Positions 10,821 through 22,115 of a stretch of DNA of 64,000 nucleotides are shown here, one piece after another (the first letter of the stretch is position 1; the number at the start of each line of letters is the position of its first letter). Both the position numbers and the translations under genes were made by a program. This stretch comes from Takakia lepidozioides. Taxonomy: Eukaryota; Plantae; Bryophyta. Location: assembly GCA_030704615.1 (NCBI GenBank), contig CM060734.1, positions 31,000,001-31,064,000 on the forward strand, given 5' to 3'. A model generated the notes under the pieces. That model saw only the letters and a list, made by a program, of their open reading frames with translations, was not told the DNA's origin and did no database searches.

Positions 10821-13609
10821 GTCGGTTGGAAATTTTTGGAAGTGACCTCCCCGGGGACCTCACATCCAAAGTGGTGTTGGAGAGGAGCAGGCCTACAGGA
10901 GTCCAAGGGGGTTGGAGAAGATAGCGATCTGTTCCTCTCAACTGATGGACAGTCAACTTTGAAGTGGCTCAACTGGCCACAGTTGAAACAAGGTGCAAAT
11001 GTAGTTTCTTCAAAGATTCTTATAGTGTAGTAATTCCCTTCCTTATCAATAGGTAGTCTGTCACAATTCGGCAGAGTAGCATCATTTGGCATCATCAAGA
11101 CAATTTTAGGACAGCCTGACTCATGGAGCCTGGAAGCGATAGTGCATGTCCTCCATGCAGGGTCTTACGCAGGTTTTGTGTACACATTTGAGGATAAAAA
11201 ACGGACATGCAACCCAAGTAAGAACCGAAGTGGTTCGCAATATCTGGTAAGTTCACCATATATTGATCTTGAATGAATGGAATGGAGATTATTCTAGGAC
11301 CCAACAACTTCCCATTCTTGTTCCCCATTTTGAACGACCAGGGGAAGATATTCATATTGAAACCTTTTGTGTGTGGATTAAACAATAAGGCTTGAGCATC
11401 TGCTTCCGAGCTTTCAAACACAACGGAATAAAAGCCCCTCCATTTGGCGTGACAAAACTGTTGTCTAAGTTCACCAGAGCCCCCTAGATGGCGAATTGCC
11501 CAGTCTCTGACAAAGGCCCTGTTAACTTTTCTGCCTGGGAAGTGTACTAGAATGTCATGTTCCTCCATAGTTGTAACTCGACTATCCAGGTCCTCGATGT
11601 CCATTGAGATGAGAGGAGAATCCTCGTCCAAGGCATCCTGGGTGAGTTGAGGATCTTCCGACCACTCCGCTTCTTCCGGTGCCACAGGAGGGGGCCCCAT
11701 CACTGATGGATCCAAATTGGGAAATTTGAAGAGGGGCTGAGGGCCGGGAGAGGGGGGTTGAATAAGAAGGGAGGAGGAGGAGCTCTTACAGAACCTCTGG
11801 AGAAGTCCTGCCTGGTTTGTGCTTGATGCGCAAGGTATAACCCCGTTCCTGATGAAGGCTGTGGGCGCCTTCGCATTGGGAGCATCAAATCCGGGGGGGA
11901 ATGGGCTTCCATGGGCTCCGAGAGCTTGAACGAGCTGTTTCCGGAAGAGGCCATGCGGAGCAGTGAAGACACGCAAAGCGAGAAAGCACGAGGACTGAGA
12001 ATCAACAAAAGTCAGAAGGGGAAGCTCAGCGAGAACTAAGCCTTAAAGGTGAAGAAATCAGCAGCAGAGCAAGAGAAGCGCTAGAGCCGAATGCGGGGAA
12101 CCTTGGAGACTTAGGGGCTGCTACTTGGCGGCAACACAGGTGACCAAGTTGGCAGTCATCATACATAAAGACGGCTTGTGGAAGTGCAAATGGGGAGGAC
12201 AATGCCGCTTAGCTGAAAGCGACATAAAGAGAAATAAGGGGAGGGAGGGATGAAGGTTAGTGGATGTGGCCCTGCTAATGCAGAAGTCGATGAAAGGAAT
12301 GCATGCGAAGAACATCTATAGCAAAACAGAGGAGGGAAAAACCGAAAAAGGTCCTAATTCACAAACACCATAAAAAACGAAGGGTGGAAAAACTAAGAAA
12401 TCCGCGAAGTTGTGAGGAGATTCGCCAATCAATGGAAAGGTCTTTGAGAGCTGCGTTCTGCGAAATGATACAAAGAAGAAGGTGGTGATAGCAACCAACA
12501 GAAAACTAAGCGAGAGAGACGAAGAGACCGTTGGGGTCTCCATGCGCAAACTGCGGAGCTCCATAGTGCCCTCCTTCCACATTTTCCTATATTTCAAGAT
12601 TCACATGATTGTCAAATATTGTCAAATATTCTTTTCAACACCTCAAGGGCTGATGCTAAGTTGTTCATTTTAAAGACCTTTTATTTTCTTGAAATCTCTT
12701 CAGAAATACTTCATCTGGATCGTCCTATGGGATGTCAACATCAAGTTCCATATAACCCACCAAGGCCGTTCTATTTGGTTGTCTTGCCGGGCTCCAATGT
12801 TTTTTTTTCTGGCAAATAATCGCCAGATTTTGACCTGGAAAATGGGTCAGCTACTTTTACTAAGGAATTATGGGATTAAAAATCAAGAAAATCGCCAGAA
12901 AGCGCCAAAGGATAAATACCAGGAGCCAGATTTGTCCTACGTGGACCTGTTAAAATATGACACCTGTAATATAGCCTCTTTCCCAGCTCTGTCACTTCGT
13001 TATTCTCGCCACATGGGCTTTGGGTAGAATCTACATGTTGCCCCCGAGCGATTTTGGAAAAGTGAAAAAACACTGCCGGGCTCACCAAAATTTGTGGTTT
13101 TTGGTTTGGGACATAGAGAGGCATGTCCCAACAACAAGACTACATTGCTAAGAACTACATTGCTAAGAAAGTTGGTAAGCAATCAAGTATGAAATGACAT
13201 AGGAGATGCAAGTGTTGTATGTGTGTTGTGCCATCACTAGCATATAATTTTATGCCACAGATAGCAACATCAAGCAACAACCCACATTCAAAAAGCCTGT
13301 CATTTATTTTAATGGCGTCTTCAATACGCACGCTTTGAGCCCGTGGACCCCGCCAAGTACAGAGAAAGGTTCACCTGACCCAGCCCTACCTTTTTTGGCG
13401 AAAAAAGCCAGATTGCACCAAGAAAAAAGTTGGCCCGCGACAAAAAAAAGGGGCCAAAAAATAAAAACTTCGCCACATAGGTACGTAGCGGCGGTTCCTT
13501 GGGCAGCTAGTGCCATAAAGCACCGGGGGGACCCACACATTTCGCCTGAGAACTTGGAAGCAGTGCGCTTTAAATCCAAGATGAATTGCGATTTCGCCAC
13601 CTGTTTCTG

Positions 13610-14440
13610 CTTAAGTTCCCAAGCGACCTGAATCGGGTCACTTTGAATTTGCAGTTCCACCTAATTTTTGCAGATCTAATCTGATGGGGCCCACTCCTGA
13701 AGCTTTAATGACAAGGGATTTGTCTTGAGTATGATGCAAAAAACAAAATTAAAAAAAAACAAAAGCTACGACCTACAAAAAAATATCTTAGATATCTCAT
13801 TTACGTTTTGGGGCTGAAAAGGGCTTGTTGACCGCTGACGTGGCAGGTAAACAAGCCCAAAACAGATTGCACTCCAAAGGCCATTTTTGGCAGAAAATTA
13901 GCAATTTTGGAAAAATTACTTCACCTTGTGGTGTATGAGCATTACATACACACATCCACCATAGGCTTTTAAAATTTTGTAGAAAAAAAATTACCTCATT
14001 TGGAGGCACAGTTTCTCTTGTCAATTTTGAGATTTCAACCCCTATGTAATTGCATGCAAAGCAACCATAGGTGAAAAAATCAGTTGGACCTGCAATTTAG
14101 TGGGGTCATAGCCACTCCACTATTGATTTGGAAATGGTGGGTCTTGGGGCAAGCAAAATTGGATAAAGCTAGGTTTTGATTTGGTCAAACAATTTCTTTC
14201 TCTTTTTTCTTTGGGACCTGATATTTGAGGTCTGGGCCAACGTTATAATCTCACAATTAATCTCACAATTTCCACGGTGGACTTGGCTCCTTTTTTGGTA
14301 TGTCATGCATAAATGAGCTGGCCCACTGCTATAAGGCTGGAATCTCTGGATGATTTTTGGTAGGGTTCTAGGGTCAATTTACTGCAGCTGCGTACCCAAA
14401 ATTGGTAAAAAGTCAAAAAAAGGGCTTGGGAACTTAAGGG
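13610..14440. mobile_element. MITE with piggyBac-like ends (copy 1)
   Basis: TIR cttaagttcccaagc / gcttgggaacttaaggg; ~800 bp paralogue at 19645-20443. Confidence 0.7.
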
Positions 14441-14449
14441 TTCAAAGGG

Positions 14450-14697
14450 CTACCAACAATTGTTAGCTCAGTTGGATAGTGCATTGAGTGCCACCCAGAT
14501 GATTCTGGGGTCAAATCCTGCTACCTTTATGGTTGTGGTATGTTCTTCTTTCCCTTCCCTTGGGCGGTGTCCCTTGCGAAAGCCTTCACGGCTAGGTTAG
14601 TCTGAAAGAGGTTATTTTTTCCTCTCACTATAATTACGGGGCCTGATTTGTGTGCTGTCGCTCCTAGGTGTTTCCCTTAGAAAAAAATAAAAATAAA
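14450..14697 (+). mobile_element. tRNA-derived SINE (copy 1)
   Basis: A box tagctcagttgg, B box gggtcaaatcc, 3' body shared with the 55348 copy, A-rich tail. Confidence 0.8.
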
Positions 14698-15854
14698 GGT
14701 TGTGTCGCCTTGGGAAATATCCTTGACATTTTCAAGAAATCGCAATATATTGCATACCTATAGCCAGGTAGGATCCAGGTGGACATTGTACTTGTCGCCA
14801 CCTCTGCACTTAACCCCAAGAAAATATCACCACGTCCAGGCCCCGGCAGAAATGAAAAAAAAAGGGCTGTCCTGACTCTTGACCATCAACCACCAACTAC
14901 CAACCACCACATCCAGTAGCCACCAGACTGGTGGATAGGTTGGTCCGTCAAACTAACCCTAACCCTAAACCGGGTCCTCTGTTGGTCTACCGCCTTGACC
15001 TGGTGGTGTGTAGAAACCCGCAAAATTTGCGGGGGGTTAGAATAGTAGATTTTTTTTGGATTTTTTCTAATTCCAAAAAGCTTTATTTAAAAAAAAACTC
15101 TTGTTTGACCTCAATGTGACAAATCATTCTTTGCAAGATTTTGGTTTTTTTATTTCTTATTTTTTGCATCCAAAATTCTGAGTGCATAAATTTAAAATCA
15201 TGCTAGGGAGCAAACCTCAATCCTTCCAAATGTATATCCACTCTATCACTCAATATTTGTTAAGTCAATGACACCAAGTTTGCTAAATGAACCCACCATA
15301 CAACGTTTCTCACACATCACACTCCTTCCCAAGAACTAAACCTATGGAGGTGAAAGAGAAGAATTAAGGTGAAGGATGACTCATTGACGTTTGACTCATG
15401 GAGTCAGATGTTTTGTAATTTGACTTCAATGTCAACTAGACAGTCAAGAGCTTTCGACAGAAGAAGACGGGGAAACTACGACATAAGATTTATAAGGTCC
15501 CCATGGCCAAAATGAGATATGTGCCAAATAAGATCTCCATACAAAAATTTACAAATAATTTAACTAGAAGAGAAACTAGAGAAGACTTCGGGCATGACGA
15601 GATGACTTGTTGTGTGTTAGGCCTCATGGCAGCCTTCGGGCATGTAAAGGGTTGAATTTTTTCCCTTCAAATAATTCCAAATAAAGTGGTCAGGGCCGTT
15701 ACCCCTGTTTATCCCAAAAAAAAAAAAAAAAAAAAAAATACTTCATCCAACCAGTTGATCTTTAATGACCATCACCACAAACAAACGACAACTAGAAAAT
15801 AGTCGAGCTATGTGATAGCACCTTATAACACATATCCACCAAGAAAGTCTGAAA

Positions 15855-15917
15855 GGGTCACCCCTGAAAAAGGCAATAGCTGCAAGGTAAAGTGGCTTTT
15901 TAGTTACTTTGGCTTCC
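15855..15917 (+). repeat. Structured LINE 3'-end sequence (copy 3, diverged)
   Basis: gggtcacccctgaaaaaggcaatagctgcaaggtaaagtggctttttagttac aligns with positions 1-60. Confidence 0.65.
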
Positions 15918-17211
15918 TTGAAACAGTCTCAATGGAAATTTTGGAGGTATGATATAGAATATTAAGATTACGTATATGCATACATCAACTGGTGCCTCCG
16001 GTATCATTCTGAGCATGTCTGCTTGCAGAGGGCGACAAGTACTGGAGCATATAAATTTATTATTTTATTATTTTATTCAATTTTTCATTTGGTGGATATG
16101 GTTTGCGTAGTAGGTGAAGTAGTAGAAATAGGCAATTTCGCTACCAGTTTGAGCTTTAACTAGGAAATATAGCTATGGGATATTCTACTTAATCACGATT
16201 TGACCCGTTTTGGGTCTAGACATCTTTCATCCACGACATAGTTCCATGATGAAATTGGATGAACCTAGGCCTGAGGGTGAAGTGAACGTCATCCATTCTG
16301 GTTAGTACGTCGCACCATTCTATCTCCGTACAAAGAGGATGTTTACCGCACAGGTATAATGTAGTCCTATGTATGACGTGCGCTGTATTTTACACCAAAT
16401 AATTGCTCTGCAGTCAAATTATTTTGGTATGCCATGTCGAGATTGTGCTTGGAGCATGGGGTTCCATTGGGGTTGATCCAGGGATGTGGCAGCCTGGACA
16501 GGCCAGGTGTGTGGGTCCTAGGGCTTAGGTAAGTGCATATCCACCCGCAATATTGTGGGTTGGCATGAGCATACTCAAAGGGCATATCAATGTGATTAGA
16601 GCATTAGATGTATAATGATTGTCATGCTAGAGGCCTTTCATTCATGAAATGTCATCCAAAATATTTCATCTCTATTGTCGTCTAGGATGTACCCAACAAC
16701 ACTTTGGAGTGGGGGACCATAATGGGGGTGCACAAGCTATGTTATGACAAGACTCCATTTTTTCATCCGTGAGGATCAACATCTCATCACATCCATTCGT
16801 TTTTCCTCCCTAAGCATCCCGATGAGTCAAATGGTTGTCGCTACATACTAAATAACGATGAAGAGGAGGGGAAATTTGGGATATTGTAGCGGTTGTGCAC
16901 TCTGATTAGTCAATGGATCGCCGCTATAGACTAGATAGTGTTCAAGAAGAGGGGGAGTACTAGTTGTAGCAAGGCAGAGGCCGTTTTTCGTTAAATGTCC
17001 TCCAAAATATTTCATCTCTATCTTCATACTCAACAACACTTGGGAGTGATGCCATCATAACCCAGGTGCACAAGGTTATGACAGAGTTCATTTTTTTTAT
17101 CCATGAGGATCAACATCTCTTTACATCCGTCCATGTGCACCTAGATGAGTCGATGGATTATCGCTATTTAATCTATTACGTTCGAGATGAGGGGAAATAT
17201 GGAACCATCTA

Positions 17212-18254
17212 GGGAATTCCAAAAAGGCCTTGATGTGAAATGCATTCACTTGATCACCCCCTAAAAGTGCGCAATTCAATTGAACTAACCCTAATTTGCA
17301 ATTCAATTGAATTGTAATATATAATTTTTAGCTTTTATATATATATATGTATGTATGTATGTATGTATTTAAATTATACATACGTACGTACATATGTATA
17401 AGCTAAAAATACATGTTGCCCGTCTATTCTTGCTGTCCGTCTCAATCCTTTGCCCGTGGTAAGGCTTGAGCCCAAGATAAGCCTAAGGGAGAGCGAGAGA
17501 GGGAGAGAGAGACAGAGGAAGTCACGAAGCGCTTGTAAAAGCGGGATTGTCTCTCTTTGTGGATGTTGGTGCCAATATATGGCTATGTACATATACTAAA
17601 CATGATACCAATGTAAGAGTATCAACGTGTAAGAGTTTGATATATTAAACTTATATAGAACACACATCCCAACTTCAACATGATACCTTTGTAAGGGTAT
17701 CGAAATTTTTCATAATTCTCAAGATGAACATATTTTTTGTTTTCTTTGTTTTGGGCCAGATACTAGTGTTAGGGGACTACATGGTGATGCAGGGGAAGCC
17801 TTTCATCAATTGTAGGTTTGATTTTGTCTGTTTTTTTCGGAGCCAGCCATGTTTCTTTTGCTGTGAATCACAGGAAGCTGCTGATCTGTCTCCGTCTCTT
17901 GCTCTCCCTTTCTCGCTGAGGCTGAGGGTGGCTTCACAACTCCACAATTTCCTCAAGGGCACAAGAAAGAGGGCCAGCAAGAATAGACGGGCAACATGTA
18001 TTTTTAGCTTATACTTGTATATGTATATATGTATAATTTAAATATATACATATATATATATATTATATATACGGAAATAAGTTAAAAATTATAGATTGCA
18101 ATTCAATTGAATCGTGTGCCGACAATTCAATTGAATTGCAAATTAGGGTTAGTTCAATTGAATTGCCCTTGCAATTCAATTTGAATTGCGCACTTTTAGG
18201 GGGTGATCAAGTGAATTGCGATGCATTTCACATCAAGGCCTTTTTGGAATTCCC
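17212..18254. mobile_element. Foldback MITE with long TIRs and TA target duplication
   Basis: gggaattccaaaaaggccttgatgtgaaatgc... is mirrored at 18254, and the arms extend to tacatgttgcccgtctattcttgctg. TA flanks both ends. A diverged empty-site paralogue lies at ~16860-16960. Confidence 0.85.
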
Positions 18255-18648
18255 TAGCCATCCTCGCCACTCAACAACTTGTTGAGTTGATTGATCGCCA
18301 CTAGATAGTGTTCAAGAGGAGGAGGGATAGGGGTAGACATGCCTGTAATCGTTCATCTAACGATGGTGAAAAATCTAACTGTGGATTTTCATCTTTTCAA
18401 CCTGGGTAAAATTGGTAAAATGCCCCACATCCTACACCCTTGGAAGTACACGAGTTCATGCAGTTCATACAAAGTTGTTGGGTCTCAAAGTTCAACCAAT
18501 CAGAATGCTTATGTGAACCTTTGAGCCCTATTACCAATCACACTTTTTGGGGGGTTTTATCAAATAACCGTTTAATGCCAAGTGGCAAACATAAGCACTC
18601 TTGGGCCAACAATGGCCCTTCATAGCACATGACGAAAGTAGTTATGGG

Positions 18649-18769
18649 GTGATTAGTCATAGGCACTATAATAGTTATAGGCCTATTTACCCTAGCAAGG
18701 CCAAGCCTCGGTGATTAGTCATAGGCACTATAATAGTTATAGGCTTATTTACCCTAGCAAGGCCAAGCC
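18649..18769. repeat. ~61 bp tandem duplication
   Basis: ggtgattagtcataggcactataatagttatagg...ccctagcaaggccaagcc occurs twice. Confidence 0.85.
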
Positions 18770-19644
18770 CCGGGAGCGGCGAGCCGTGCTACATCCCATA
18801 ATTCCCCCTCCTCTTAAATGCTATCAGACATAGTCTTTCACGAGGTGGAGGTAGCCAAGTGTGTAGAGCAAAAAAGAAGTGTGACGCCTCCCAAAGGAAG
18901 CCATAATATGGTGTCTCTTGACCCAAAGGGCTATTGCCTTCCATGTGAAAGGTGGATACCTTTGTGACTCCATAGACCTGGATTGAACCCACACCCACTT
19001 CCGAGGTGGTATATGCCCATCACATTGGGCTGCAACTTGGTTGTCTATGTAGAGCATAATGAGCAAAAACATGAGGAATATAAGAGCGGCGACATCTTTA
19101 GTTTCCCATAGGGAATATGAAGGTTCATTCTTATGATTAATGTGAAGGATAAACTTAGTGTGTATGAAAATACTCTTTAGCTTTAACAGAAAAAAAAACT
19201 AAAACAATATTGTAAAATATTCTTGATGACCGGCTCACCAACTACCGATATCCCATCGAGCACAATAAAAAGTAATGCTTGTCTTATTTGTGAGTCAATG
19301 GGAGCGTACAGCTGTATGGTCCAGAAGTGATTAAAAGTTTATGATTGAGAATTGGGGAGGAACAAAAAAGGTGGTAAGCAAGTACATGAAATGACAAAGG
19401 GGACCCATGTTTTGTCCCATCACTAGCATCTTGCATTACACAAATAGTAACAGCTTTTAATCCTAAAATATCCACCTTAAACTTTTCTGATCATGGATGC
19501 TTGATGTCATCCAAAATTGGGCGTCATTGTCATCGACAAAGGAAGGAAATATTCATGGATCAATGTTGGTAGCATTGGACTCATGCCGATGAATGAATTA
19601 ATGTAGGATGCGATCCACGTTGGTATCCCTCAATACATTCTTAA

Positions 19645-20443
19645 CCCTTAATTTCCCAAGCGACCTGAACGGGGTCACTCCGAATTTTCAGTTCTACCTA
19701 ATTTCTGCAGATCTAATCTGATGGGCCCACTCCTGAAGCTTTAATGAAAAGGGATTTGTCTCTAGTATGATGCAAAAAACAAATTAAAAAACAAAAAACA
19801 AAAGCTAGGACCTACAAAAAATATCTTAGATCACTCATTTACGTTTTGGGGCCGAAAAGGGCTTGTTGACCGCTGACGTGGCAGGTAAATAAGCCCAAAA
19901 CATGTTTGCGCTCCAAAGGCCATTTTTGGCAAAAAAATTAGCAATTTTGTAAAAAGCACTTCACCTTATGGTGTGTGAGCATTACATACACCCATCCAAC
20001 GTTGGCTTTTAAAATTTTGTAGAAAAAAAAGTACTTCATTTGGAGGCACATTTTCTCTTGTCAATTTTGAGATTTCAACCCATGTGTAATTGCATGCAAA
20101 GCAACCATAGGTAAAAAAAAGCAGTTGGACCTGCAATATAGTGGGGTCATAGCCACCCCACTACTAATTTGGAAATGGTGGGTCTTGGGGCAAGCAAAAT
20201 TGGATAAAGCTAGGTTTTGATTTGATCAAACCAATTTCTTTCTCACTTTTTCTTTGGGACCTGATATTATAATCTCACAATTTCCAGAGTGGACTTGGCT
20301 CATTTTTTGGTATGTCATGCATAAATGAGCTGGGCCCAATGCTATAAGGCTGGAATCTCTGGATGATTTTTGGTAGGTTCTAGGGGCAATTTACTGCAGC
20401 TGGGTACCCTTCAAAAGTCCAAAAAGGGCTTAGGAAATTAAGG
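19645..20443. mobile_element. MITE with piggyBac-like ends (copy 2)
   Basis: TTAA|cccttaatttcccaagc ... gcttaggaaattaagg. Confidence 0.72.
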
Positions 20444-20639
20444 AAATTAATTGAGCAAACAATAGCTCAAAGAAATCTACACAAGCTCCAGATTGTTTAT
20501 CTTAAGCCATATTTATCTTAACCTTTTTGGGGTCGTAATAACATCCTCATAAAACAATCTTCGTAAGAGTAATGCCTACGTATATTAACCACAGTAGCAA
20601 AAAGTGTGTTTTATCGGAGGGGTAGTGGTAACAAATTTA

Positions 20640-21700
20640 AACATTTTCTTTGATTTGAATTGTGACGATTTGCTATCTTGCAATTTTATTTTCTTGGATG
20701 CGACTGAAGTGCGGCGAGTAGTCGTCGCAAAGACTTTTAATGAGGCCTATTAGCTAAATTTACAACAAAAAAGCGTCGTAGTATTAGCAGTAATAGCAAC
20801 AGTAGTAGTCACAATTTTAAAAAAATAAAATGAGACTTATGTGTGACCAGATGTCGTAAAAGAGCTTTTAAACAAAGATTTTCAATAAAACAAAAACGTC
20901 ATTGTAGTATCTGATCCGACAACTTCTTCATTTGAATTACGACGAAATTTCGTCGCAAATTGTTTAAAAAAAAAAGGGAACTACATGCAACGAGATGTTG
21001 TCGCAGAGCTTTTAATGAATATTTGCCATCCTGCAATTTTATTTTCTTGGATGCAACTCAAGTGCGGCGAGTCGTACTCGCAAAGACTTTTGATGAAGCC
21101 TTTTACCTAAATTTGCAACCAAAAAGCATCGTATTGGCAGTAATAGCAATAGTAGTAGTCGCAATTTTTTTCTTAAAAATGAGACTTGAGATGTCGTCAA
21201 AGAGCTGCTTTTAAACAAAGATTTTCAATAAAACAAAAACGTCATTGTAATATCAGATCCGAAAATTTCTTCATTTGAATTACAACGAAATTTCATGGCA
21301 GATTGTTTTTAAAAAAATGGGCCCTACTATGTGCAACGAGATGTCGTCGCAGAGCTTTTAATGAATATTTTCCATCCTACAGTTTTATTTTCTTGGATGC
21401 GACTCAAGTGCAGCGAGTCGTCGTCGCAAAGATTTTTAACGAAGCCTTTTAGCTAAATTTGCAACAAAAAAGCGTTGTAGTATTAGCATTAATAGCAATA
21501 GTAGTATTTGCAAAAAATATTTTTTAAATGAGACTTATGTGTGATGAGATGTTGTCAAAGAGCTTTTAAACAAAGATTTTCAATAAAACAAAAAACGGCA
21601 TTGTATTATCAGATTTTCATTTGATTTGCGACGAAATTTCGTCGCAATTTTGTTTTAAAAACATGGGACCTATGTGCAACGAGATGTCATCGCAATAAAG
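20640..21700. repeat. ~350 bp tandem repeat x3, rich in gtcgtcgcaaa / cgacgaaatttcgtcgc
   Basis: ttttattttcttggatgc recurs at ~20684, 21036 and 21383; resembles DNA-transposon subterminal repeats. Confidence 0.75.
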
Positions 21701-21755
21701 CTACGAGCCTTGCGCATGTAGACAACTTCACCTTGGAGGTGCCAAATACACGTGT

Positions 21756-22115
21756 CTAGTTTGAGCCAAAAAATACCTCCCTCACTACTGTGCGAATCAC
21801 CTGTTTTTTCACCAAGAGCGTGTGAACGTGGTAATACTCTTCATGATTATTGGAATCACATAGCCCTACCTTCTCGTCGTCGAACTCATGACCAGGATAT
21901 ACCACCACATCCTTTGGCCCAATAGCAAAATCCTCTGGCAGTAGCCCACTCACTATTTGTTCAGGCATCACTCTCAGAGAGAACATCGGCCTCATGCAGC
22001 TTTTTGTAATATCCTCCCAACAAAAATGCCCTTTCTTTTGTTCGGAAATCTTCTCAGCTGTTGTATTTACAACTTTGACAACCTCCATTGCAGCATCTTC
22101 CTTGAGTTGCTCCAC
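21756..22115 (-). other. 119 aa ORF of unknown function, probably a gene fragment
   Basis: Protein-like composition only; no motif recognised. Confidence 0.25.

Larger units (their letters stand above)
7974..12050 (-). mobile_element. L1-type LINE, 3'-truncated (degenerate ORF1 plus start of ORF2)
   Basis: ORF1 has a DUF4283/RRM-like region (11095-11976) and CFNCGQLSHFKVDC (~10950-10990); ORF2 begins with an APE domain. Confidence 0.8.

Noticed and set aside
14455-14525. tRNA gene (also 55355-55420)
   Set aside because: A and B boxes are present but there is no convincing cloverleaf, and it continues into a shared body and poly(A): a SINE.
14950-14972. Telomeric repeat
   Set aside because: Only two to three imperfect units (taaccctaaccctaaacc).
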